From Octopus sinensis (lineage: Eukaryota), in the NCBI RefSeq assembly GCF_006345805.1, contig NC_042998.1, positions 114,514,001 through 114,578,000 on the forward strand: a stretch of DNA of 64,000 nt. The letters run 5' to 3'. The translations under genes and the position numbers were made by a program. A model generated the notes under the pieces. The model searched no databases. It saw only the letters and a program-made list of their open reading frames with translations, and was not told where the DNA came from. Shown piece after piece: positions 1 to 12,047 of the stretch; within the stretch, counting starts at the first letter, position 1, and every line of letters begins with the position of its first letter.

Positions 1-355
1 TTTCTCGTTGTTTGCATATTGGAATTATTTGTTTTCGTAATTCATGTTGTTTATAGTTGCTGACGTCCTGTATCCATATATGTATGTATATATATAATAT
101 AAATTGGACATGAGCGATCGTTATATTCTCTCTTGTCTTGAGGTTCACAGTCAAATAGCTGGGTGGATTTGTGTGAAAAATAGCACACATGTGGACACTG
201 ATGCATAGATTGGAATGCGGTTTATATTTTATTCCTAGCTCCCATAGCTACCGAGAAATTCGATTAACATTTTTCTAATGGAATTCCCCTGTTTGTTCCG
301 CCATTAAAACAATTAGTTGCTCACACAGCAGGGGCATGCACACACGCTCACACAC

Positions 356-396
<41 letters not shown>

Positions 397-803
397 ACAC
401 ACACACACACACACACAGACACACACACACACAGGTCCATTTCATATATCTTCTTTCAATTTGTGCTTTGCAAATAAAATTTTTTATGAATACAACTGCT
501 TAAAAATAGAGATTAATGTATAATTTCTCTCTATGTTAATAATCAAATCAATGTTTTAATGATTAGACAGAAGTCCAATAGAATAGCTCTCAGAAACAGA
601 CTACGTACAAATTTGTTCTTCCTAACTCCTGAAGCTGTTTTCTGACAAGGTTGGAGGAGTCAAGAAATGTCCATACATCAGGAGGCTCCAATCGAAATGC
701 ATCCGAAATGATAAGGTTGAGAAATGCTGTTATAGATTAGGCCTAACTGAAAACGATCACAACCACATCATCCAAACAGACCGGGTGAAACCGGGCTTAC
801 ATA

Positions 804-872
<69 letters not shown>

Positions 873-988
873 ATGCATATATATATGTAGATTTATATAT
901 ACATATATATATATATGCATATATAATGTTATTTATTATTCTATTATTATTTGAGTAAGCGCCACGCATCCATTTCAAGTAAGTTTAT

Positions 989-1028
<40 letters not shown>

Positions 1029-1033
1029 TGTGG

Positions 1034-1105
1034 ATATATACGAGTGTATATATATGTATATGCCTGTATATATATATATATATATATAATATATATATAT
1101 ATATA

Positions 1106-1199
<94 letters not shown>

Positions 1200-1229
1200 G
1201 CATATACATATATATACACTCGTATATAT
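1034..1229. repeat. Palindrome: 39-bp inverted arms around a (TA)n core
   Basis: 1034-1072 atatatacgagtgtatatatatgtatatgcctgtatata is the exact reverse complement of 1191-1229; the spacer is almost pure (TA)n. Confidence 0.9.
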
Positions 1230-1945
1230 CACAAAATACACACATATATATATATTTTTTTCCTTTTTCTAGCACCATTCCTTTGTTTTAAACCCAATGT
1301 AACTCGATCCCTCCCTGTCCATCCATTCATTTCCTCAATAATTTTCTTTTTATCAAAAGCTATTTATCTATACTTATAAATTGTTATAATCCTCAAAATG
1401 TTGGTTTGATAGAACGCCCACTTCGGTATACAGCATACTTAGTAAAACCAGTAAGGACATGTCTATCCTTCACCGCCTACTACGTACTCTTTCTTTATTT
1501 TTGCACTACGGCCATTACATAGAGGGGACAGCACAAGGACAGACAGAACACCGCAGTGGGAAGAAAAAACATAAAACGAATGAAAATAAAGATGTGATAT
1601 ATGTTATGAAAATGAAATGGCTGTATGAGTCCCACTCTCAAGCAGTACCATTTGAACGTTTAAAGGCACCGTTTGTAATCGTTCATTTTTCCTTTGTTTT
1701 TTCTTTATCATCCTTTATCATCTCTAAACTACTAGACACAATAACGCTCCCACTACAGATACAGAAACTAAAACTCCCGCTAAAAGGACCTCGGGTGAGA
1801 CGCTCTCGTCTGTCCTGCGCTCGCCGGTATAACACTCGATCGAAATTCAAGCTGATAAACAACAGTGAATCCCGCAACTCTCCTCTAACAAATGCTTGTC
1901 CTACATTGCTTTTCGTTGTTCATTTATCCTCTAATATAATATGGA

Positions 1946-2163
1946 AGGCGGCGAGCTGGCACAAACGTTAGCACGCTGGGCGAAATGCTTAATGGTATTT
2001 CGTCTTCCGTGACGTTCTGAGTTCAAATTCTTTGCCTTTCATCCTATCGGGGTCGATTAAATAAGTACCAGTTACGCACTGGGGTCGATCTAATCGGCTT
2101 AATCCTTTTGTCTGTCCTTGTTTCTCCCTTCTATGTTTAGTCCCTTGTGGGCAATAAAGAAAT
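1946..2163 (+). mobile_element. tRNA-like SINE, family A, near full length
   Basis: Head ggcggcgagctggcacaaacgttagc, B-box-like gagttcaaattc, tail tttgtctgtccttgttt...caataaagaaata; closely matches copies at 5665-5892 and 45527-45759. Confidence 0.85.
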
Positions 2164-2371
2164 AAAAATATAATATACGCCTGCTAATACGGAAGCCTAA
2201 TACGGATCCCTGGCTTCAGCCTCAGCTGTGAACTTGGAACCTAAGGGATGTCCAATTAAAGCACTTACCCAGCGTACCTATTCAGTTAGATCACCAGCGT
2301 TGAACTAGGCCCCTCATATTCCATATAATACTATATATATGTACATAAATATATACAAACACTCATACGTA

Positions 2372-2408
<37 letters not shown>

Positions 2409-3284
2409 ATAATATATATATATATATTATATATATATATATATATATGCATATATCATATACATATATATATAGTATAGACATACAGTTTAAATTAAGT
2501 TTGTCGAATTTAAACCCGGAAGAAAAGATTACATTGTTCATGACATTAATTTGAGTGGAAGAATTGTCTAAATATCTAATTCTCCCCTCGTCCACCGCAT
2601 ATTATTAATCTGTTGTGGAGGAGGTGAGATAGATTTAGATAATCTCGTAAAGCTAAACAGATTTGTAATATTTTAAACAATAGTACAGTTGCACTTGTCA
2701 TTGTATTTAAAACATCAAGATTAAATATTTGTGTCACCAAAATGACAAAAGCACCTCTGTTACTGAAACATATTCTATACACATACAATAAACAGGTAAT
2801 TATAACAGTTTATCAATAGTATAATCTAGTTTTGAGCAGATTTACAGCGGATTTGTATACACACTCTGAGCTTGTTTCCTGATTTAAGCCATACTTTTTC
2901 TAGTTGCACATTCATACTGACAACTATAGACACAGAAACATATGTACATATATGTACATGGGTAAATATATATACACACATATATACATACACTCACAAA
3001 TAAACACGCATATATATTTATGTATGTACAAATATACATACGTATATATACATTATGCCTTTAAGTGTGCTAATATACTTTTAAAGTTAGTATTTGTACA
3101 TTTATATTTTAATTAATGGGTGCATGGTAAAATTGTATTTTTAGATTAAAACCATTTAAAAAAATGACACGCTTTTAAGTACCTTTTGACATTCAACGAT
3201 ATGTTATGCATTACTAAATGCGCATTTGTACACATCTACCAAAAATATACATCTGTCGTTTATTGCATATGCAAATGTCTTTTA

Positions 3285-3480
3285 TCATTTATCTTTTACT
3301 TGCTTCAGCTAATATTCCATGGCCATGCTAGGGCACAGTTTTGAAGAATATTTCGTTGAATGAATCAACCACAGCAATCATTATTTTTATTCTATTAGTA
3401 TCTTTATTTTGAACAGCGACGTTATGGGGAGGTAGGCATATCGACACCAATTGTGAAATGGTGTTGAAGGACAAACACAC
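3285..3480 (-). mobile_element. SINE family B 3' half, degenerate
   Basis: Reverse-complement similarity to the family B tail (tcttttacttgcttcag, ccatggccatgctagggcac). Confidence 0.6.
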
Positions 3481-3560
3481 ATACATATATGCATATATAC
3501 ATGCATACATACATACATACGTACATACATACATACATGCATACATACATACATATACAT

Positions 3561-3919
3561 ACATGGTTCCGGGTTCAGTCCCACTGCGTGGCATCTTGGG
3601 CAAGTGTCTTCTGCTATAGCCCCGGGCCAACCAATGCCTTGTGAGTGGATTTGGTAGACGGAAACTGAAAGAAGCCTGTCGTATATATGTATATATATGT
3701 ATGGGTGTGTGTGTATATGTTTGTGTTTGTCCCCCTAGCATTGCTTGACAACCAATGCTGGTGTGTTTACGTCGCCGTCACTTAGCGGTTCGGCAAAAGA
3801 AACCGATAGAATAAGTACTGGGCTTACAAAGAATAAGTCCCGGGTCGATTGCTCGACTAAAGGCGGTGCTCCAGCATGGCCGCAGTCAAATGACTGAAAC
3901 AAGTAAAAGAGTAAAGAGT
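3561..3919 (+). mobile_element. SINE family B (CORE-like), first ~35 nt missing
   Basis: ggttccgggttcagtccca B-box, cttgggcaagtgtctt core, internal (TA/TG)n and tail ending (gtaaaaga)n; matches 36297-36707 and 62881-63350. Confidence 0.85.
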
Positions 3920-3929
3920 ATACATATAT

Positions 3930-3962
<33 letters not shown>

Positions 3963-4074
3963 TATATTATATATATATATATATATATATATTTGTGTGT
4001 GTGTGTGTGTGTGTGTGTATGCATGTAGGTATATATAAGACACTTGCCCGAAGTGCAATGCCCAGGACAAGTGG

Positions 4075-5135
4075 TTGATATTTCAGTTATCTGGCACTTT
4101 CTATTCTCTCTATCTACAACTACTAAATCAGGCCTTCTGGCTTTTATTACTCTGTCAGTCTGAATGTTAAAGTCCCACAACATCTTATATTTCTTACTTT
4201 ATAGTACTTTACTAGGTTCATGCTCATATCATTTATCAGTCTGTTCAAAACCCAGCTTTCTACAAACACCCAGTGGATTACTGTCCCTAGGTTGTCAAAT
4301 CTTTTCTTGAATTCTTTCTGTGCCAGCATGCTACATTCACTTACTATATAAGTAAAACCCTCCTCTTTTGATTTGCATAGCCTACACTGGGAATCACTTG
4401 GTTTTTGTCTATCTTGACTTTTGTCCAATTAGCCTTTTTTCTGTCTCCCATTTCAGATTTCCTTTCTGCAACCATACCCATATCTCACTACTAATATTTG
4501 CTGCAAACATCTTTGGGAATCTACCATGCAACGCCTTCTCCATCTAGTCAGATAGTTTCTGTTTTTTTCTCTTCGTTTGGGTTTTTGTTTTCCCTATGTC
4601 TTGCTGTGACTCTCGCAGCTTTTAATAAACTTTCTACACTATTGGAGTCTGTATCTACTCTAGCTAACTTTACGCAGCATTCTACTGATATTAATCCTCT
4701 TCCGCCTTCCTTTCTAGGTAGGTATAATGTTGCTGTTCTTGCCCTTGAGTGAAGTCCTCCATTCATATTAAATTATTTCCTAGTCCTTCTGTCTAGCTTT
4801 GCTAATTTAGTTTTTGTCCAATCTAAAAACGCTGCTGAGTGTCTAAGTAATGATACTGCTCAAGTATTTATAGCCTAGATTCAGACCATTTAACTTTGAC
4901 TTCATTAGCTCCCTTACCCTTCTGATATACTCAATTTTCACTTTCATTTCTATAGTTAGTACTCTGTCAGATTCTTATACTCCTAGATACGTATAACTCT
5001 CTCCTCCTTTCAGTGATTTTAATGTCTGGTAATTGGATTCTTTCACTGTTGACTACCTGTCCTATTGGACACTTATCTTTGGCAAATTCCAAGCCCATAT
5101 CTTTGCTGAAGAGTCTTACAGTCTGTAATAAGGAA
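4075..5135 (-). mobile_element. R4/Dong-clade non-LTR retrotransposon relic (end of RT, CCHC finger, restriction-like endonuclease)
   Basis: Minus-strand peptides LLQTVRLFSKDMGLEFAKDKC, GLHSRARTATLYLPRKEGGRGLISVE, CRLCKSKEEGFTYIVSEC and LWDFNIQTDRVIKARRPDLVVVD in the expected order; multiple stops and frameshifts. Confidence 0.85.
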
Positions 5136-5174
5136 TTATTATTATTATTATTGTTATTATTATTATTATTATTA

Positions 5175-5206
<32 letters not shown>
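5135..5206. repeat. (ATT)n/(TAA)n microsatellite abutting the 5'-truncated end of the Dong-like LINE
   Basis: Direct reading of the sequence. Confidence 0.95.
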
Positions 5207-5207
<1 letters not shown>

Positions 5208-5610
5208 GGTGGCAAGATGGCAGAATTAGAAAAAAAACGCATAGTATCATTTCTTCCGTCTCAGTTCAAATATCTCCGTGTTCCACTTTGCGTTTAATCT
5301 TTCGGAGTAGATAAAACAAGTACCAGTTGAGTACTGGGGCCGACTTACCTCATCCCCCGAAATTGCTATTGTGGTTGTTTTTGTTATTATCAATAAGCGG
5401 CAAGATGGCAAAATCAGTAACACGTCGGATGAAATGCTTAGCGACATTACTTCCGTCGCTTACGGTCTCTGTTCACATTTCGTCGAAATCGACTTTGAAC
5501 TTCATCTTCTCGGTGTCGATAAAATATGTGGCAGCCTAGCACTGGGGTCGATGTAATCAGCTATTCTTCTCTCCTGAAATTGTCGGCATTGGGCCAACAT
5601 TTCAAACCAT
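5207..5610 (+). mobile_element. Two degenerate tandem family A SINE copies
   Basis: Each has ggcaagatggca(g/a)aat..., the box aagtaccagttgagtactgggg / cactggggtcgatgtaatc and the alternative tail ending ...aacatttcaaacc. Confidence 0.7.
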
Positions 5611-5664
5611 TATTATCATTATTAGCGTTTTAATCGTCATAACCATGTCCACCACTAATATCCA

Positions 5665-5892
5665 CGGTGAGCTGGCAGAAACGTTAGCACGCTGGGCGAA
5701 ATGCTTATTGGTATTTCGTCTGTCTCTACGTTCTGAGTTCAAATTCCGCCGAGGTCGACTTTGCCTTTCATCCTATCGGGTTCGATAAATTAAGTACCAG
5801 ATAGGCACAGGGGTCGATGTAATCGAATTAATTCTTTTGTCTGTCCTTGTTTGTCCCCTCTATGTTTAGCCCCTTGTAGGCAATAAAAAAGA
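5665..5892 (+). mobile_element. SINE family A, near full length
   Basis: gagctggcagaaacgttagcacgctgggcgaaatgc...ttctgagttcaaattccgccgaggtcgactttgcc...; same tail as 1946-2163. Confidence 0.85.
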
Positions 5893-6469
5893 ATATCCAC
5901 GTCATCATCATCATTATCTTCATGATGAGAAACAGCAGCAACAGCAGTAGCAGCTGTAACAACAGCAGCAGTAACAACAGCAGCATTAACAACAGCAGCA
6001 GTAACAACAGCAGCAGCAACAGCAGCAATAAGGACAGTAGCTTCCTCTCGTTGAAATCAATAAATTAGAACATTGTATTAATTCATGCAGTGGAAAAATA
6101 AACTTTAATCGTCTAAAGGTGACATTGGGGACAAACGTAACAATAAATAGGGAGGGATTAATTCTAATCTTTTCTACTTAAAACGTTCTTATTTTGATCT
6201 CATTTGTGACGATTTGTGACGAATCCACGGTCAGCTAAAAGTTTTCAAAAGTATTAATCAAACTTACTGTTACTTCCTCGTTTACTACAAAAATAGCCAT
6301 TTACTAAAATTTAACACTGTACATATGTAGGTGCGTTTGCGTTACATACACAAACATTCACACACACACAAACACCCGCACACACGCGCACATATACACA
6401 CACAAAAGCGCGCGCGCACACATATGTATATAACTTTTATCTTTTATTTGCTTCGCTCATTAGACTGAA

Positions 6470-6576
6470 GCCATTCTAGAATGCTGCCTTGAAGAATTTT
6501 TGTCGAATGTATCGACCCAAGTACTTACTTTTTAAAAGCCCGGTTCTTATTCTATCGGTGACTTTTGCCGAACCGC

Positions 6577-6619
<43 letters not shown>

Positions 6620-6747
6620 ACACACACACATATATATATTCGGTTCAGCAAAAGTCCCCGATAGAATAAGAACCGGGATTTTAAAAAGTAAGTACTTGGG
6701 TCGATACATTCGACTAAAAATTCTTGAAGGCAGTATTCTAGAATGGC
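6470..6747. repeat. Inverted duplication of a family B SINE tail around (CA)n(TA)n
   Basis: Arm 6470-6575 vs arm 6641-6747: 5 substitutions and 1 indel in ~106 bp by manual alignment. Confidence 0.9.
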
Positions 6748-6754
6748 CTTACGC

Positions 6755-7860
6755 AATGGTGAATCACTACAATTCTGCAATTCAGGTGTGTCGATAGGGC
6801 TATGTTTAAAATGTCCTATGATTTTTCGACATTTAACAAACAATGTTTCTGTATCTGCGGTTTTAAATCCATACAACATGCTCAACTAAAGCTATGAGCC
6901 AAACACGGAATATGAGTAAAATCAATTTGATTAACAGCTGAAACCAAATTTCGGACATTGTCTGTTACCAAAACCTGAATCTTCTTTGTTATATCCCAGT
7001 CTTTTACAAATTGCTTATATAACACAGCAACATTGTTAGAATAGTGACGTTCAACAACATGCACACACTCAGGTATAACACTTATTAATTTCCAGTCGTC
7101 AGCAATCCAATGACCGGTGATTCTGCAATAACTTTCATTACCCAGGGAGGTCAAAAAATCAGATTTTAGCGCAATTGCCTTTGAATTTTTCACTGCTTTT
7201 TTAACACTTTCTCTTTTGCTGTTATAAATATCAGCCAACATTTTATCAATAGTTTGCCGGCAAGGTAGTTTATATTCGGTATTTTGAAGTGCTGTACGCA
7301 ATACTTGATGAAGACCATCATTTACTGTCGATATTGGCCTACCACTATTAGCTTTCCAATGTGCAAGTGATGTTTTAATGTCACGTTGTACGGTAGCACT
7401 CACCAGATGATCAAACCGACGATAAAACTGATTCAAAGTAATCTGCTTGGAGGTAAATGACAACGCCGCTGTAGACTGACTAAATGAAGCTGATTTTGCT
7501 AGGTGAGGTTTTGAGTAACGAGTGTTTGTTTTCAAGGTGGTAAGTAAGCGATCTGTTAGATCCAAGGTATGTGAACGATTTGTCGCAATGGATGCAATAA
7601 ACGTTATCAGTATTTTGATATTACCATCAGCCAACAATTTAAATCCAAAATGTTCATGCAATCGAGCTGATATAGATTTATATTTCATAACTCGATTCTT
7701 CTCCGCCGCCATTTTACTGTTGTTACTATTGCTTCCTGACTTCCGGTACATTTGTTAATGGTAGGTATAAAATTAAATTTGAAACCGATTAATAAACATT
7801 TAATCGTTGAAATAAATGAACAATTAATCGATTAATTAATCGTTAAATTCTGCAACCCTA
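6755..7860 (-). mobile_element. hAT DNA transposon, 5' half, 3'-truncated (BED finger and N-terminal DDE domain)
   Basis: Terminus TAGGGTTGCAG at 7860 with subterminal TTAATCG repeats. ORF 6882-7751 has ALKSDFLTS-x-GNESY-x-ITGHWI (first D), VTDNVRN (second D) and IPCLAHS (CxxH). A frameshifted continuation reads KCRKIIGHFKHSP. BED finger CIHC...HLENKH lies in an alternate frame. Confidence 0.92.
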
Positions 7861-7882
7861 ATAAATACACACACACGTACAC

Positions 7883-7952
<70 letters not shown>

Positions 7953-8912
7953 CTGTGTGTGGTGTGTGTGTGCTTTATGTACGTGTATGTGGGCTGTATG
8001 TATGTCAGCGTTTATGCTTTTCCTGTGTTAAAAACTGGTGTTGTGCAAAAGCTGTAACATAGCGATTCAACAATTAGATATGAGTAAAATAACTAACGAT
8101 GTAAAATAAGAAATGGCGGTGAGTGTCCTCGATTACATCTCTTCAAGGCTGTCTTTCATCATAACCACAGTCCAAAGCCTGGATACATAGAAAGAGTAAA
8201 TTTATAAAATATTTACGGGTGGTAGTGATTTAAAAAGAAAACAAGTGGCTTCTCTTTAAAAATGAATTAGAGACATTATTTAACATTGCCTTGCCAAACT
8301 GGAAAATATCCTAAAGCTAAAGCTTTGTTTTGTTGGGAGATTATTTACTTTGTTTAAAACAATGATCACAAATGATTCTCTTGTATCTTAATACTTTGTT
8401 TCTTTGTCCACTACTGCTCCTCCACTATTATCCTGTACAATGTTGATGGTGTCTAAATGCTCGCTGTGACAGATTCGAGAGTGATTAGATTATTATTGTG
8501 GATTAAGTTAGTGAAAATAATATAAGTGTTGCGATTAATCTCTGGAAAGATTATCCTCTAAAATCGATTGAAATCTAGTGACAAAAATATTTGTTTCAGT
8601 TGACCAGCGCCTAATCATGCACCCATGATTTGATTTTTACAGTTATGAATGCCAGTTGCTTTAGGCGTAGTAATGTTGTAATGGTGAATAGATAATTCCA
8701 AAAATATTTCCATTACCTGTTTTGTTAAACATTATCTCTGCATATAATATTTCAATAATTCTCAATGTTAATATGTATTTTGAACAAAAATACAACAGCA
8801 ATTAGGACAACATATTGGATTGTAATAATGGAATAAGCAGATGTGCTTCAAGAAAAAACAACTGGGATTTACCCTAATTACCTATACAGAATGTCCTTCA
8901 TATATATATTTA

Positions 8913-9071
8913 TAGGCAAAAGGTTGTCTGTGCGGTATGAAGTTTACATCCCAACAACAAGTTTTCGGGTTCAGTCCCACTGTGTAGCGTCTTGGGCAAG
9001 TGTCTTCTAATGTAGGCACGGGTCAGCCAAAACCTTGTGAGTGACTTTGCTAGAGTGAAACTGAAAGAAGC

Positions 9072-9078
<7 letters not shown>
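8913..9078 (+). mobile_element. SINE family B 5' half, degenerate
   Basis: cgggttcagtcccactg...cttgggcaagtgtcttc...aactgaaagaagccc, followed by (TA)n. Confidence 0.75.
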
Positions 9079-9111
<33 letters not shown>

Positions 9112-9155
9112 GCTGACCCGTGCCTATATTAGAAGACACTTGCCCAAGACGCTAC

Positions 9156-9205
<50 letters not shown>

Positions 9206-9350
9206 TATATAATTATGAGTTAGAGGTTATGCAAACGTCAAGGGATATCTGTAGGCACTACTGGTTTATTACCTAACCATGTAGAGGTCAAAGATATAAG
9301 GTAAACAGTAGTTGGTAATTAAAATGGTAAACCGTAGTTTAATATATTGA

Positions 9351-9596
9351 GATAAGAAAAGAAATGGAGCAACAATTAACAATTAGAAGTTGATCATTGG
9401 TATTAAATGGTCATAGTTTAATTGTAGTTAAAATAGCATTTGCAGCTGTTTCGGATTGTTATTTTGTTTAGGCAAATTTACCTCAAAACACAACTAAAAT
9501 AGCTGTAAATGTTAATTTAACTACAATTAAACTATGACCATTTAATACCAATGATCAACTTCTAATAATAATTGTTACTCCGTTTCTTTTCTTATC
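9351..9596. mobile_element. MITE-like imperfect palindrome, ~246 bp
   Basis: gataagaaaagaaatggag...agaagttgatcattggtattaaatggtcatagtttaattgtagttaaa at the left is mirrored at ~9515-9596; the interior is also partly self-complementary. Confidence 0.75.
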
Positions 9597-9599
9597 CGG

Positions 9600-9640
<41 letters not shown>

Positions 9641-9645
<5 letters not shown>

Positions 9646-12012
9646 TCAATATAGGGTGGCAAAAAATTTTGTAGAATTTTTTTTTTTTGCCACCAGCGAC
9701 CTAGTGGGAAAAAATTAAATAGTCATAGACCATTTTTAAGTTCAACATCACAATCAAGGAACGGCCATAATAGGCCATTCACCCACTAGAAATAACAGCC
9801 AAAAGCTTCAACCGCAAAATAACATCAATTCGTAAACCAGGAGAAAATTAAAAAACATTTACCCTGTAATTTCTTATACGATGCACCGTTTCATCTACTG
9901 TTTTATGGTAAACTAACTGATTAAATTAAATCAAGCCAATCTTCCATAGGCCCTTAGAATCATCAGTAAGAAATAGCCAAGTCGGAACAGATATTTTCAC
10001 GAGGCATTTCCTTCCCGCCTCGGCAATATCTGACCTAAAATTTTCAAATCATCGCACTCGCGCCAAATTATCGGCAGCAAATAAATATAAGCCGCCGATT
10101 CCATTACGGAATTAACCACAAAATTCATAATTAATCAATATAGGGTGGCAAAAAATTTTGTAGAATTTTTTTTTTTTTTTTTTTTTGCCACCAGCGGCCT
10201 AGTGGGAAAAAATTAAATAGTCATAGACCATTTTTAAGTTCAACATCACAATCAAGGAACGGCCATAATAGGCCATTCACCCACTAGAAATAACAGCCAA
10301 AAGCTTCAACCGCAAAATAACATCAATTCCGTAAACCAGGAGAAAATTAAAAAACATTTACCCTGTAATTTCTTATACGATGCACCGTTTCATCTACTGT
10401 TTAATGGTAAACTAACCTGATTAAATTAAATCAAGCCAATCTCCATAGGCCCTTAGATCATCAGTAAGAAATAGCCAAGTCGGAACAGATATTTTCACGA
10501 GGCATTTCCTCCCTGCCTCGGCAATATCTGACCTAAAATTTTCAAATCATCGCACTCGCGCCAAATTTATCGGCAGCAAATAAATATAAGCCGCCGATTC
10601 CATTACGGAATTAACCAAAAATTCATAAACTCAATATAGGGTGGCAAAAAATTTTGTAGAATTTTTTTTTTTTTTTTTTTTTTTGCCACCAGCGGCCTAG
10701 TGGGAAAAAATTAAATAGTCATAGACCATTTTTAAGTTCAACATCACAATCAAGGAACGGCCATAATAGGCCATTCACCCACTAGAAAAACAGCCAAAAG
10801 CTTCACCGCAAAATAAATCAATTCCGTAAACCAGGAGAAAATTAAAAAAACATTTACCCTGTAATTTCTTATACGATGCACCGTTTCATCTACTGTTTAA
10901 TGGTAAACTAACCTGATTAAATTAAATCAAGCCAATCTTCCATAGGCCCTTAGAATCATCAGTAAGAAATAGCCAAGTCGGAACAGATATTTTCACGAGG
11001 CATTTCCTTCCCTGCCTCGGCAATATCTGACCTAAAATTTTCAAATCATCGCACTCGCGCCAAATTTATCGGCAGCAAATAAATATAAGCCGCCGATTCC
11101 ATTACGGAATTAACCACAAAATTCATAATTAATCAATATAGGGTGGCAAAAAATTTTGTAGAATTTTTTTTTTTTTTTTTTTTTGCCACCAGCGGCCTAG
11201 TGGGAAAAAATTAAATAGTCATAGACCATTTTTAAGTTCAACATCACAATCAAGGAACGGCCATAATAGGCCATTCACCCACTAGAAATAACAGCCAAAA
11301 GCTTCAACTATATTGATTAATTATGAATTTTCTGGTTAATTCCGTAATGGAATCGGCGGCTTATATTTATTTGCTGCCGATAAATTTGGCGCGAGTGCGA
11401 TGATTTGAAAATTTTAGGTCAGATATTGCCGAGGCAGGGAAGGAAATGCCTCGTGAAAATATCTGTTCCGACTTGGCTATTTCTTACTGATGATTCTAAG
11501 GGCCTATGGAAGATTGGCTTGATTTAATTTAATCAGGTTAGTTTACCATTAAACAGTAGATGAAACGGTGCATCGTATAAGAAATTACAGGGTAAATGTT
11601 TTTTAATTTTCTCCTGGTTTACGGAATTGATGTTTGGCGCGAGTGCGATGATTTGAAAATTTTAGGTCAGATATTGCCGAGGCAGGGAAGGAAATGCCTC
11701 GTGAAAATATCTGTTCCGACTTGGCTATTTCTTACTGATGATTCTAAGGGCCTATGGAAGATTGGCTTGATTTAATTTAATCAGGTTAGTTTACCATTAA
11801 ACAGTAGATGAAACGGTGCATCGTATAAGAAATTACAGGGTAAATGTTTTTTAATTTTCTCCTGGTTTACGGAATTGATGTTATTTTGCGGTTGAAGCTT
11901 TTGGCTGTTATTTCTAGTGGGTGAATGGCCTATTATGGCCGTTCCTTGATTGTGATGTTGAACTTAAAAATGGTCTATGACTATTTAATTTTTTCCCACT
12001 AGGCCGCTGGTG

Positions 12013-12047
<35 letters not shown>

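Noticed and set aside
1459-1971. 170-aa plus-strand ORF
   Set aside because: No recognisable domain or splice context, and it runs into a SINE; probably a chance ORF.
6882-7751. 289-aa ORF as a domesticated ZBED-like host gene
   Set aside because: BED finger out of frame, WTS motif degraded, TIR still present, 3' half missing.
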